Counted from the first letter of the stretch, positions 7,564-17,467 are shown. The stretch is 31,647 bases of DNA from a virus (IMGVR_UViG_3300004241_000037:1-31647), one strand, 5' to 3'. The notes: generated by a model from the sequence alone, not told the origin. Numbers and translations: made by a program.

Positions 7564-10475
7564 TGCTTCTCCTTTACCCATGATTTGAGGAAGTGGTGCT
7601 TGACTATCGTGTTCTCTGTGACCTTCTCCGTATTCGCCTGGTGATCATACGGATAGAAATAGTCAGGGCTGAGCAGCTTGAAGTCATCCATCTTGAAACC
7701 CAGTTCGTGGTATCCCTTGGTCAGTACTTCCATTGAGGATTCAAAGTTCTTCTCGTCATCGCCCCGAAAGTTCTGCACCACATGGTCTATCCAATCCTTG
7801 ATGAACGGCTGGCCCTTGCAGGCCCCGAACACCGCAGAACCTATGAAGCCATTGTTCTCTGTGGCTGCGAACATCCCATGCTTGAGCAGTTCATCAAAGT
7901 TCTTCCCGGGCAGGATCTCCACGTCCGCATCCAAGTATATTCCACCTTCATTGTAAATGTAATACATCCGCAGATAGTCAGACATCTTCACCCACTTATT
8001 GTGGCGGTCTGAAGCCATAGCCTGCTGCATGTAGGGACAATCCCGGAAGGCGTTGTCATCAGTGATCAGGACATGTTCGTACCCCGGGATCTTCTGGCTT
8101 TCTATGCAACGCTTGACCAGCTCAGGCATCTCATTGCCAAGCCAGATAGTGAAGATACGTTTCGGGATACGCTGTACCCAGGGGAAGTTTTCCTTGAAGG
8201 CGAACCCCAGCTTCTCAGCACGTTCCTTGTAAAGCGCATGGTCATGAGCTACACGATCAGCTTTGTAGGCCAGGGTGTAGACCGGGTCTAGCTGTTCCTT
8301 GAAGCCGTCCTGTATCGGATGGTCATGGAAAACCTCAGCTTCTTCGGCCCAAGTGTAGGCATTCATCAGCTTGCAGCGTTCAGTCAGCTCATTGTCACAA
8401 CCGGTATGGTAGTACCCGGTGTGGAAGAACTCACCATCCAGGGCAGGGAGCAATGCCTTACCTGCCAGCCAGTGCGTAGCAAACTCGCCTTTCCAGTAGC
8501 CGTCATTCAGGCCGATGAGTCCTTTGTAGTCAGGGTACTCACGGATCATACGGAAGACGGCCTTCTGCAGGAAGTCCTTCCGGGGCATACAGTCATTACC
8601 CAGGTACATGACCAGCTCGCCCTTGGCTTCCTCTACCATCTGCTTCACCAGCTTGGGAACGCCAGTATTGTTTGGAGGGAACTGATCGTGCTTGACTATG
8701 ATCTCGTAGTTATCGTACCCAGCATTCTCCTTGATCAGCTTGAGCAGTCTACGGAACTTATCACCTCTGCCCAGGGTAGGGATGATGATACTGACCAGTG
8801 GCTTCTGCACGTATTTGTGCCAGATCGTATCAGCTACGCCGTCTATCGTACCGAAGGATTCATCCACTGCATCCTGTACCCCCATCCAGATCGTGTCCTT
8901 GTAGTCATGCCCACTGATTATCAGCTTGGCTTTATCACGCCAGAGGGCTATGTCTTCCAGCACACCTTCCTTGGTATGGGTTGCGTCAATGAAGATCATG
9001 TCAAACTTCTGGCCCTTCAGCTTCTCGGCAGCTTCCTTGGAAGTCATCTTCATGATCTCCAGGTTCGGGAAGTGGCCTACGTTTTGCTTGAACTTTTCAT
9101 ACACTCCCATCGGGATACCCTGCTGATAGGTCCAGTCACCCGGAACTGGAGTACCTTCAAACGTATCCACTGCGATCACTTTGCCTTTGCAGCCTGAGAG
9201 CAGGGCATGGGTAGAGCGACCACACCAGCTTCCGATCTCCACGATGGAGGTCATCTTCTTGGCAGTTTCAAATAGCCAGGTCAATTCAGGGAAGGTCATC
9301 CAACCCTCAATGCCCTGGTCCGGGTACTCAAAATAGTACTTGGTATCATGGAGGTACCGGTTACTGTTGAAGCAGTATTCTAATGCTTTCGTCAAATGCT
9401 CACGCCCACCGTCCACATCACCCATCCAACCTCTTGCCCAGTACAGGACTTCATGCGGGGCTGAGGTGTAATAATACAGATCGTTCATGTACAAATTATC
9501 CCAGGGGAGCTGGAGTGCAGCTCCGGCATAGGCAGCAGCGTGGTGCTTATCATCCCTGGCCTTGTAAACAAAGGCCAGTTTCATCAAGGCTTCACGCCGT
9601 GTGCCATCCAAAGCGAAGGCTTTCAGGTACCATTCAATCTGTTTACCCTGGTCTTTCAGCATACCGTAGCAGTCACCGATGAAGATCATGGACTGCGCTC
9701 TCTCGGCTGGCCAGCGGTCCATAGCGATATGCCGTTCAAACTCTTTGATGGCAGACTTGGGCCTGCCAGACCAAAGCAGCTCCCGAGCCAGGTAGTGGGA
9801 ATTGCGGTCATTGTCCGGGTGTGAGAAACAATCCAGGGCCAACCCAGCCAGGTACCGCTTTCGTTCCGGCTTGTCTTCCTGGAAGTGTTCTATCTTGAAT
9901 CTGTCTTCCGGAAGGAAGGTACGCTTGGCTTCGCCTTGCAGTACCTCATGTATGATCCCTTCCCAGTGCAGCTTGCGCCTGTCGTAGAACTTGCACTGCA
10001 TAAACTTGATGGACTCGTTCCCTAATCCGTCATGGGCAAAGACAAAGTTGAACTCCAGTTGTTCAAAGCCCTGGGCGATCACATCCTGGACATAGTCTAC
10101 ATCCAGTCGGGTGAAGATCTCATCGCAGTCTGGCATGGACACCATGTCATTTGAAGCGAGTGACGCTGCGTGGTTCCGGGCAGCAGCATAGTTGAAAAAG
10201 GTATCACCTTCATTCACGATCAAAGCTTCATCTCCTACCACGAACCGTTCATTGATAGCCTTGACCTGTTCCGGGGTCATCTTCTCCGTGTACTTGTCCC
10301 CGACTCTAGTTACTTTACAACCGAGGTTGGTAGCGATCTGCACGGTATCGTCAGTGCTGCCGGTATCCAGGACGATGATCTCACCGCCTCTGGCTTTGAA
10401 GTCAGCCAAGCTGTTGACCAGCTTTGGCAATGTTGTCGCCTCGTTCTTGGCGATCACGACTACGGAGAAGTTCAT
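7560..10475 (-). CDS. Multidomain glycosyltransferase: GT2 + TPR + SAM methyltransferase (Methyltransf_24-like) + GT2 + GT32/DXD-type
   Basis: Motifs in order: SVVVIAKNE/DTGSTD/DCDE; TPR-like helices (YLAREL...AIKEFERHI, YLKAFALDGTRREAL); VEIGSWCGRST/FIDATH/GHDY; VSIIIPTLGR/YLGNDC; RIPKRIFTIWLG/SDYLRM..IYNEGGIYLDADVE/HHFLKSW. Confidence 0.88.
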   Translation of the reverse strand: MNFSVVVIAKNEATTLPKLVNSLADFKARGGEIIVLDTGSTDDTVQIATNLGCKVTRVGDKYTEKMTPEQVKAINERFVVGDEALIVNEGDTFFNYAAARNHAASLASNDMVSMPDCDEIFTRLDVDYVQDVIAQGFEQLEFNFVFAHDGLGNESIKFMQCKFYDRRKLHWEGIIHEVLQGEAKRTFLPEDRFKIEHFQEDKPERKRYLAGLALDCFSHPDNDRNSHYLARELLWSGRPKSAIKEFERHIAMDRWPAERAQSMIFIGDCYGMLKDQGKQIEWYLKAFALDGTRREALMKLAFVYKARDDKHHAAAYAGAALQLPWDNLYMNDLYYYTSAPHEVLYWARGWMGDVDGGREHLTKALEYCFNSNRYLHDTKYYFEYPDQGIEGWMTFPELTWLFETAKKMTSIVEIGSWCGRSTHALLSGCKGKVIAVDTFEGTPVPGDWTYQQGIPMGVYEKFKQNVGHFPNLEIMKMTSKEAAEKLKGQKFDMIFIDATHTKEGVLEDIALWRDKAKLIISGHDYKDTIWMGVQDAVDESFGTIDGVADTIWHKYVQKPLVSIIIPTLGRGDKFRRLLKLIKENAGYDNYEIIVKHDQFPPNNTGVPKLVKQMVEEAKGELVMYLGNDCMPRKDFLQKAVFRMIREYPDYKGLIGLNDGYWKGEFATHWLAGKALLPALDGEFFHTGYYHTGCDNELTERCKLMNAYTWAEEAEVFHDHPIQDGFKEQLDPVYTLAYKADRVAHDHALYKERAEKLGFAFKENFPWVQRIPKRIFTIWLGNEMPELVKRCIESQKIPGYEHVLITDDNAFRDCPYMQQAMASDRHNKWVKMSDYLRMYYIYNEGGIYLDADVEILPGKNFDELLKHGMFAATENNGFIGSAVFGACKGQPFIKDWIDHVVQNFRGDDEKNFESSMEVLTKGYHELGFKMDDFKLLSPDYFYPYDHQANTEKVTENTIVKHHFLKSWVKEKQ

Positions 10476-10494
10476 ACCAAACCCTCATAAATAA

Positions 10495-12078
10495 TTAGAT
10501 CTGTTCAATACAGACAAATGTACGTCCTGCCCCTGATTCAATATCTGCCACATTGCCGGTCGTGTTAGCCTGTGCGTATATCTCTATCGTATTTGTTGCT
10601 TCAAGATACGCAGTATAGGCTATGTTCATGGTCATTCTTCTTTCAGTAGTAATGCCTTGCGCTCTTGCTAATTCAACTCCGTTTTTATAAATCCAAATAT
10701 AACAAGGGAACGTACCAACATCATCCCATGCTACCTGAGCCGTGATCCTATAGTAGCCTGTTGACGGAACGGTATAGGTAGACGTGGCAAAGTCTGCCCC
10801 TGTATCGTAGTTCTCTGTACCGAACACTACCTTAGTCGGTGTACTCGCAGTGATGTCTGTTTGTTCACTTGAGGCATAGGCACTAAGTTTTTCAAGAGTA
10901 GCAGGGGCCGGACCAGTATAGCCGGTGTAGCCCGAGTACCCTGTATACCCAGTTGCAAATGCCCCGGTATACCCAGTGTAGCCTGTCCTCCCTGTATAGC
11001 CTGTATAACCAGTAGGTCCAGTAACAGTAGAAACAGGCCCGGTGTATCCTGTATAGCCAGTCACCTGCGGTCCTGTGTACCCGGTATACCCAGTCCTGCC
11101 GGTATACCCTGTCGCCCCTGTCGGGCCAGTAACCGTGCTTGCTGCTCCGGTATAGCCTGTATATCCGGTTGCTCCGGCAGCACCGCCTGCCCCAGTATAG
11201 CCTGTGTATCCAGTCCTTCCTGTGTACCCAGTCGGGCCGGTGACTGTACTGGCGGCTCCACCTGCTCCAGTGTATCCGGTATACCCTGTTCTTCCAGTGT
11301 ACCCAGTAGCGCCTGTCGGCCCGGTGACGGTGGAAGCAGGGCCAGTGTACCCAGTGTATCCTGTGGTACCAGTTGGGCCAGTGACCGTGCTATTCGCACC
11401 TGTATATCCTGTATAGCCTGTGACTTGCGATCCAGTGTAGCCGGTATAGCCGGTAGCACCAGTAGGTCCAGTTACGGTGGACGCTGCCCCAGTGTAACCT
11501 GTATATCCAGTAGCCCCGGTAGGGCCTGTCACTGTACTCGCCGATCCAGTATACCCAGTGTACCCGGTCCTACCGGTATACCCAGTAGGTCCGGTCACGG
11601 TTGAAGCGGGGCCTGTATAGCCCGAGTATCCTGTATATCCAGTCGCACCTATTGGCCCAGTAGGGCCGGTGACAGCGCTGGCTGCGCCGGTGTAACCTGT
11701 GTACCCTGTTCTCCCTGTATATCCAGTCGGACCAGTGACGGTAGACGCGGGACCAGTGTACCCTGAGTAACCGGTATACCCAGTAGCCCCAGTGAAGCCG
11801 GTTGGCCCGGTAACGGTAGAGGCTGCTCCTGTATAGCCAGTGTATCCAGAGTAACCAGTCGCACCGATAGGGCCGGTTACGGTACTGGCAGCACCAGTGT
11901 ATCCGGTGTACCCGGAGTAGCCAGTGTAGCCGGTGACCGTACTGACTGGTCCTGTATACCCGGTGTAGCCACTATACCCGGTGTACCCTGTTGCTCCTGC
12001 TCCTGTGTATCCTGTATACCCGGTTGCCCCCTGATCACCCGGGACTGAGAACGGGCTGCGATCTAGTAGTATGCTCAT
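10495..12078 (-). CDS. Collagen-like fibre (Gly-Tyr-Thr repeats) with C-terminal C1q-like domain
   Basis: 527 aa; about 375 aa of interrupted G-X-T triplets followed by a C1q domain paralogous to that of 2638-4332. Confidence 0.88.
   Translation of the reverse strand: MSILLDRSPFSVPGDQGATGYTGYTGAGATGYTGYSGYTGYTGPVSTVTGYTGYSGYTGYTGAASTVTGPIGATGYSGYTGYTGAASTVTGPTGFTGATGYTGYSGYTGPASTVTGPTGYTGRTGYTGYTGAASAVTGPTGPIGATGYTGYSGYTGPASTVTGPTGYTGRTGYTGYTGSASTVTGPTGATGYTGYTGAASTVTGPTGATGYTGYTGSQVTGYTGYTGANSTVTGPTGTTGYTGYTGPASTVTGPTGATGYTGRTGYTGYTGAGGAASTVTGPTGYTGRTGYTGYTGAGGAAGATGYTGYTGAASTVTGPTGATGYTGRTGYTGYTGPQVTGYTGYTGPVSTVTGPTGYTGYTGRTGYTGYTGAFATGYTGYSGYTGYTGPAPATLEKLSAYASSEQTDITASTPTKVVFGTENYDTGADFATSTYTVPSTGYYRITAQVAWDDVGTFPCYIWIYKNGVELARAQGITTERRMTMNIAYTAYLEATNTIEIYAQANTTGNVADIESGAGRTFVCIEQI
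10910..12030 (-). repeat. Degenerate 9-bp (GGN TAY ACN) coding repeats punctuated by GxxS(T/A)VT units
   Basis: About 48 GYT and 6 GYS triplets and 13 GxxS(T/A)VT interruptions counted by eye; third codon positions heavily varied. Confidence 0.9.
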
Positions 12079-12727
12079 CTTCCATCGCCTTTCTCATGGC
12101 TAGATAATCCAGGGGCGTATAGATGTACGATCCTATATGCCCTACCTGTATGGATGGATCTAGCCAGACTTTGAAGCCAGCTTCTTTCGCCTTCACGCAG
12201 AAGGTCGTATCTTCTCCCAGCATGTACCCATCTTTGTACTTTCGGTATTCAAACCAGGGTTCCTTCATCTTCTCAAACACCCTGCGGTGTACCATCATGA
12301 AACCTGTCCCCAGAAAATCTACCTCTGTCATCTTGTCCTCATCCCACTTGCCGATACCCTGAACCTTCCACTTGGTCTTGGCATTGCAGTATCCAGGGGT
12401 CGGATGATACGGTGGCTTGCGTTTGACATAAAGGCCACCTACGATGTCCAGCTTGTGGTCCCAGAGCTTCTGAATGTCTTCCGGCTCGTAAACCATATCA
12501 GCGTCAATCCACATGAGGTAGTCACATCCATCACGAGCGAGAAAGTTCTTGACGATCTCATTGCGTGAGTAATGGACGAGACAGGACTGAAAATAATTGG
12601 TAATGATCACATACGGTGGCCTGCTGTTCATCAGCTTCTGAAGTGAAGCTACCCATTCAAGGGGAAGATCCTTGTATACAGGACAACCAATAAACAACTG
12701 TGGTGTTTTCTGGGGTTCGGTTTCCAT
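12035..12727 (-). CDS. GT-A fold (GT2-like) glycosyltransferase
   Basis: 230 aa; [21 protein letters not shown] (DxD), [29 protein letters not shown]. Confidence 0.85.
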   Translation of the reverse strand: METEPQKTPQLFIGCPVYKDLPLEWVASLQKLMNSRPPYVIITNYFQSCLVHYSRNEIVKNFLARDGCDYLMWIDADMVYEPEDIQKLWDHKLDIVGGLYVKRKPPYHPTPGYCNAKTKWKVQGIGKWDEDKMTEVDFLGTGFMMVHRRVFEKMKEPWFEYRKYKDGYMLGEDTTFCVKAKEAGFKVWLDPSIQVGHIGSYIYTPLDYLAMRKAMEDEHTTRSQPVLSPG

Positions 12728-12744
12728 TACGGAAATCCTTGTAA

Positions 12745-13044
12745 TTAGTTTTGGGGTTCTGCCTTGACTGCTCCGGTCAATGAATTGCGGGAGCCGGTTA
12801 CTAGCTTGCGTTTCGCTCTCGGTAGCGGAGCTTCTGGTGTCTCATCAGGGATCTCCGTGATGATGGCAGGATTGTACTGCCGGAGGAAATTGATGATGTC
12901 CTTGTTCTTCGTCTCATAGTACCCATCGGTGAACTGGACGTACTGCCCTGCATTATGCTCAGGGAAGCCAGCATGGTTGTACGTGTGGGTCATGGGAATG
13001 AGTACGATCTTGAGCTGAGGATACCGGGACTGGAAAGTTGCCAT
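12745..13044 (-). CDS. Hypothetical protein downstream of major capsid gene
   Basis: Start moved to ATG 13044 (GAAAGG RBS), because the longer ORF call begins inside the terminator hairpin; 99 aa. Confidence 0.6.
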   Translation of the reverse strand: MATFQSRYPQLKIVLIPMTHTYNHAGFPEHNAGQYVQFTDGYYETKNKDIINFLRQYNPAIITEIPDETPEAPLPRAKRKLVTGSRNSLTGAVKAEPQN

Positions 13045-13057
13045 GATAAACCTTTCG

Positions 13058-13096
13058 TAAAAACTAATGGGGGCGGGAAGTTGCCCGCCCCCCATA
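13058..13096 (-). terminator. Intrinsic terminator after major capsid gene
   Basis: Minus strand ATGGGGGGCGGG-CAACTT-CCCGCCCCCAT followed by TAGTTTTT, 3 nt after the capsid stop codon. Confidence 0.8.
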
Positions 13097-13098
13097 AG

Positions 13099-14268
13099 TT
13101 ATGCAGAGTAGGAAGTAACGCCGTAGAGCCGTGCATGGGCTTTCTCAACGTTCACTTCAAGACCAGCCTCAGTCAGATACTCGTCAATGACCTGATCATC
13201 ACCCGGGGTCTGGATGTTTGTGATCAGCTTGGTATCCCGGTTGCTGAGAGGACGATACTTCACATAGTCCAGATCCAGCAGGAGAGCCTGGCCACCATAG
13301 GTGGCACCTTCCAGCAGGTTGTGACGGACTACGATGACTTCACCATGTGCCGAGAGATACTGCATGGCAGCGATGCCATAGGTCTTATCTTTCGGGAACA
13401 TCTGAAGTTTTGCCTTGGCCCAGTAATTGATGGCCGAGATCACCTTGGAAGATGCGAACAGGACTTTCTTGGTAGAGCCATAGGCGAACCCGGTCTCCAG
13501 GAAATCCTCAAACTCAGACTCGGTCAGAGTGCCGGAAGCATCTTTGAGGTTGGTGGTGATCCAGTAGAGCAGCCCACCGGTATACCGTTTGGGATGAGTA
13601 CCACTGGTATCAATCGCACGTTCTCCAAAGAGCAAGGCTCTCTCAATATCCACACGATGCTCCAGCATGTGTTTCTTCCGTTCGTAGTCCAGGCCCTTGC
13701 CACCATAGGTGTCAGAGTTGGCATACGTCTCGGTCACACCGAAGGGAGTGCGGATGATCTGAGTGTAGTTGTACTTCTCGTCCAGGGCGGTCGTCAGGAT
13801 ACCACGCTTGCTTGCGCCTTCAGCGTTGGCATTGCCGATGATGACCAGCGGTCCGTTGTCCGGAATGGTCGCAGCAGCCGTACCACCGGAATCTCCGATG
13901 GAACGAGTGATGGACAGGGTGGAAGTCGTGGCAGTGATCGCCGTGACTTCAACCACTTCGGCGGTGCTGGGGATCTTCACAATGTCACCGACACGGAAGT
14001 AGCCAACGTTGTCTACGACAACGGTAGCGCTACCGGCGGTAACGGTTCCGTTAGCCTGATCCCATCTCGGGGTCATGCTATCTTCAAGCCACTGGAACTT
14101 GGGGTTCGTGGCTGCTTTCTTCTGCGCCCGGGCAGTAAGAACGGTGAGAGGGGAACGGTTGCCCTTCTCATCATCAATCTGATAGATGATGTCAGAGACA
14201 TCAATCTTCATACTCAGCGCATTGGTGCTGGTATTGGTAGAGTTTTTGATCGTTGCAATGGTTGCCAT
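13099..14268 (-). CDS. Major capsid protein (SU10 / DUF5309-type, HK97 fold)
   Basis: 389 aa; KFQWLED, YNYTQIIRTPFGVT, DIERALLFG, YTGGL, EAGLEVNVEKAHA; follows the scaffold gene and is followed by a terminator. Confidence 0.88.
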   Translation of the reverse strand: MATIATIKNSTNTSTNALSMKIDVSDIIYQIDDEKGNRSPLTVLTARAQKKAATNPKFQWLEDSMTPRWDQANGTVTAGSATVVVDNVGYFRVGDIVKIPSTAEVVEVTAITATTSTLSITRSIGDSGGTAAATIPDNGPLVIIGNANAEGASKRGILTTALDEKYNYTQIIRTPFGVTETYANSDTYGGKGLDYERKKHMLEHRVDIERALLFGERAIDTSGTHPKRYTGGLLYWITTNLKDASGTLTESEFEDFLETGFAYGSTKKVLFASSKVISAINYWAKAKLQMFPKDKTYGIAAMQYLSAHGEVIVVRHNLLEGATYGGQALLLDLDYVKYRPLSNRDTKLITNIQTPGDDQVIDEYLTEAGLEVNVEKAHARLYGVTSYSA

Positions 14269-14278
14269 CTAGTGCCTC

Positions 14279-15145
14279 TTAGAAAATAGAATTGGATCTT
14301 GGTGAGTTAGCTACGTTCAAGATCCCTTCTCGGATCGTATCCGCTTCTGACTTCTCAACCCCATGTTCACTACCCTGACCGGTGGCCATGCTACGCATAG
14401 CTACCTGCCCGGCTGCCTTTGTCTCGGCCTGGACACGTTGGCCTTTTTCATAGCCTCGTTTTCCACGCACAGCAGTACAGGCAGTACGGAGCAGTGAATC
14501 AAATTGCTGAGCATCCCTAAGATTGATCTGGAGTTTCTGTTGCAAGTCCTTCATGGTCGCTTCCACTTCGGCTTGGAACCCTTTGTCAGATTTCAATTCA
14601 GGGAAATCATTTGCGGCTGTTGCAGCTACAGTTCGGCTTTCTGAAATGTTGAGCTTGCCTTGAAGCTCTTGGATCTGTTTGGACATCTGGGCCAATACAG
14701 GGTTGAGCTGACCTGATACCTGGGCAGCGAATTGACCTAGCCGTTTGTCAACTGCTCCACCAAGCATCTGCTCGGTTCCGGGGTACAGTGCAGCTTTCTG
14801 CTCGGGCTGTTCCCCTATCTGAAAATCAATGAACTTCTGTTCCGGCTCAGGCTGGGCCTGTGGCTGGACAGCTTGCGGTGCTTGCCTCTTGAGGTCGGCC
14901 AATTCCTGCTTGGATCTGGTCAACTCTGCCTGGGCTTCTTCGTAGGACTTCTTTGCATCGTCCTCTGAATTGAACTTGCCCCAGAACTTTTCCGGGGTCT
15001 TGTCCTGACCTTCGGCGGTACCAGCCTCGGGGGTTTCGCTGGATTGTTCCTCCGACTGAGAGGGGACAGTGAACGCTCCGAGCGTCTCCTGTACCTTTCC
15101 ATCGGGGGAGTCCGTTGTCCCGGGGTTGTTGGTGGTGTCGGTCAT
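14279..15145 (-). CDS. Capsid scaffolding protein
   Basis: 288 aa; acidic disordered N-terminus, KFWGKFNSEDDAKKSYEEAQ motif, coiled coil; directly upstream of the capsid gene. Confidence 0.7.
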   Translation of the reverse strand: MTDTTNNPGTTDSPDGKVQETLGAFTVPSQSEEQSSETPEAGTAEGQDKTPEKFWGKFNSEDDAKKSYEEAQAELTRSKQELADLKRQAPQAVQPQAQPEPEQKFIDFQIGEQPEQKAALYPGTEQMLGGAVDKRLGQFAAQVSGQLNPVLAQMSKQIQELQGKLNISESRTVAATAANDFPELKSDKGFQAEVEATMKDLQQKLQINLRDAQQFDSLLRTACTAVRGKRGYEKGQRVQAETKAAGQVAMRSMATGQGSEHGVEKSEADTIREGILNVANSPRSNSIF

Positions 15146-15159
15146 GGCTTATCCTTATA

Positions 15160-15480
15160 TTACTTGGATGACTTGGAACCTAAACTCTTGGTTGCTTCTG
15201 CTCCCATCTCAATCATACGGTCTGGCCTTTCAAGGATCTTCTTCAGTATGTAAACCTCTCGCTTCGTTGCTTCCAACTCCACGACAGGGAAGGCTTTCTC
15301 AAACACTTTGTTCTTGGCGTTCCGTATCCTATCAATCATGAACTCTTTCAGCAATAGCCATCCTGGGCTTTCAATGAAGCCCTGCATGACCTCTGCCTCC
15401 TGGATCTGTTTGAGCATGATACGTTCCAGCTCATTAGATTCCTTCGGGGACGTTGCTGCTACCGAACCTCGTGTAGGCAC
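15160..15480 (-). CDS. Small conserved protein between portal and scaffold
   Basis: GTG start with AAGGAGGT RBS inside the portal 3' end; FIESPGWLLLKE motif common in this position. Confidence 0.65.
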   Translation of the reverse strand: MPTRGSVAATSPKESNELERIMLKQIQEAEVMQGFIESPGWLLLKEFMIDRIRNAKNKVFEKAFPVVELEATKREVYILKKILERPDRMIEMGAEATKSLGSKSSK

Positions 15481-17467
15481 GTTTACCTCCTTCCTGTTCT
15501 GCAGGATTAGTCAGACCGCTGCCTTGAGCAGCTTGGTTAGCTTGATTCATAACTTCCATCACGTCCGGTGCTATCTCTTTTTGCCCTTCTTCCGGCTGCC
15601 CTTGCATTTCTGGTTGCTCAGTGACATAGCCCTTGCCTCCCTTGTACTGGGTATGCAGCCCGATATGCTGACGATACCGGTCACGTTCATCCGGTGTCTT
15701 GGCTTCATTCAACCCCAGGTTGTGGATCATCAGGTGGAGAGAGTGATTGTCGTTCTGGTTAGGCTTGGGAGTCTGGCCAGTGCTGATCAACTCGTTTTCC
15801 TCCCGGGCCTGGTGTGCCTCAATCGGGGGAGAAGCAGGAGCCTTCTTCTTGTCGTCTGTGACGAACAGGCCAGCACTGTTCTTCTGCTCCAGCAGATTGA
15901 AGATTTCTTCCCAGTAGGCTCTCATGTCAATGTTCGGATCGGTCTTGGCATACGGCATCAACTGCATCATGCTCTGGAGTATCTGAGGTTTACGGAACTC
16001 ATTGGAGGGACGGAACTCTACGTTCAGATCCAGTACGCTCGTGAGCTGGTCAGGCTTGACCTTGTGGCTGTCAGGGAATGACCACTGCCCATTATCTCCG
16101 AGTACCCGGACGGCTACTTCCTCTTTCATGTACTGTTCGTTCAGGCTGGCAAGGATCTGCCCCAGGGTGTGGAGGCCGCTGGCTGCCAGTGTCTTTGTCC
16201 TGGCGAGGATCTTGCTGTTCAGCTTGGCTTCCAGCAGAGAGCCTACCGTTGCACCCTCAACGCTACCCACGCCAGACTGGAAGTCAGTCATGCCGGTAGT
16301 ACGTTCAAAGTCCCGGTAGATCTTGTCTTCTTCAAACAGGCCAGACTGTGACACATCTGGCATATCCAGGAACTTCAGAGCAGTAGTGACTTCCTCTACC
16401 TCATCCACCCAGAAGATCTTGCCGGGGGCGGTACCCATCTGAGCCTGGTTCAGTGAGCTATTCTTGGCTGCGATAGCCATACGGTCAATGCTCAGCTTCA
16501 CGTTATCAATGCGCTGATTGCGGATGTCATTGATCTCAAACTGCAGGGAGGTGATCATGTCCAGTACGGTCTTGGCGTACAGCTCGCCCTTCATGGGGAT
16601 TGAGCAGAGCCGGGACACCGGCTTGCCCGGATAGAATATCGGGTTCTCATGATCCATGATCAGGTTCGTGCGGTTGGCCAGAGTGACCCACCGGTTATCG
16701 TAGAACAGCTTCATGACCACTACATGCTTGCACTTTGGGGAATTGTTATTACGAGACCCCTTTACGTCATACTTCAGGGTATCGTACTTGTGCTTCATAT
16801 TCTCCCAGCTTTTCTCCAGATCCTCACGAGTGATGGCATTGTCCTTCAGGTCTTCAGCGTACTGCTGCATGAAGTAATCAATATCCATGATGTCTTCGTA
16901 GATGATGGCGGTACTCTTGGTCTCATCATCGGCACGAGCGTCACCCCAGACGTGGAAGGTATCGGCTATCTCAATCTCCGGCCCCTGGTAGTAGGGCTTG
17001 TAGATGTCCGACTTCTCCTTGAACATCGGCTTGGTTGACTTGTCGGTCGGCTGGATACGGCTTTTGATAGCCCAGCGTGGGAACGCCCAGGCCGTACCGT
17101 AGATGATCTCCTGCTTCAGCCAGAGGATCTCCTTGTATAGAAAGCGCATGTTCGGTAGCTGGTAGTCATTCACCAGCAGGTTCATGGCCCGAGCCTTGTC
17201 TATGTCTTCCTGGCTCTTGGGCTGATAGTCAAAAAAGATACTGCCGTTGATGTAGCGGGGCAGTATGTTCTCAATGATCTGGAAGGCCAGAGGTATGAAA
17301 AGATTGGATTTCCAGGGATAGTTCTTCTTGTCTACGAACGCATTGTACAGTTTGTAGACAGTGTTCCACATTCTCTCGTAGCTGGCACGTTGCTTGTCAT
17401 AGTAATTGAACAGCTCTAGCTGTTCGTCTACCACATATTGCTGTTCGTCTTTGGAGAGCTTAGCCAT
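15434..17467 (-). CDS. Portal protein (P22/SU10-like)
   Basis: About 677 aa from ATG 17467; WKSNLFIP, LQFEINDIRNQRIDNVKL, ERTTGMTDFQSG, DNHSLHLMIH; immediately follows the large terminase. Confidence 0.88.
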   Translation of the reverse strand: MAKLSKDEQQYVVDEQLELFNYYDKQRASYERMWNTVYKLYNAFVDKKNYPWKSNLFIPLAFQIIENILPRYINGSIFFDYQPKSQEDIDKARAMNLLVNDYQLPNMRFLYKEILWLKQEIIYGTAWAFPRWAIKSRIQPTDKSTKPMFKEKSDIYKPYYQGPEIEIADTFHVWGDARADDETKSTAIIYEDIMDIDYFMQQYAEDLKDNAITREDLEKSWENMKHKYDTLKYDVKGSRNNNSPKCKHVVVMKLFYDNRWVTLANRTNLIMDHENPIFYPGKPVSRLCSIPMKGELYAKTVLDMITSLQFEINDIRNQRIDNVKLSIDRMAIAAKNSSLNQAQMGTAPGKIFWVDEVEEVTTALKFLDMPDVSQSGLFEEDKIYRDFERTTGMTDFQSGVGSVEGATVGSLLEAKLNSKILARTKTLAASGLHTLGQILASLNEQYMKEEVAVRVLGDNGQWSFPDSHKVKPDQLTSVLDLNVEFRPSNEFRKPQILQSMMQLMPYAKTDPNIDMRAYWEEIFNLLEQKNSAGLFVTDDKKKAPASPPIEAHQAREENELISTGQTPKPNQNDNHSLHLMIHNLGLNEAKTPDERDRYRQHIGLHTQYKGGKGYVTEQPEMQGQPEEGQKEIAPDVMEVMNQANQAAQGSGLTNPAEQEGGKRAYTRFGSSNVPEGI

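Noticed and set aside
2638-10881. Diversity-generating retroelement (paired C1q regions as TR/VR, plus Avd-like gene at 25902)
   Set aside because: Both copies are coding, differ at many synonymous non-adenine sites and include an indel; no reverse transcriptase in the window.
11061-11864. Alternative-frame ORFs within the collagen repeat
   Set aside because: By-products of the GGN TAY ACN periodicity.
12955-14289. 444-aa plus-strand ORF
   Set aside because: Antisense shadow of the major capsid gene with no recognisable motifs; the same applies to 8319-9197, 15308-16081, 20860-21462 and 24452-25186.
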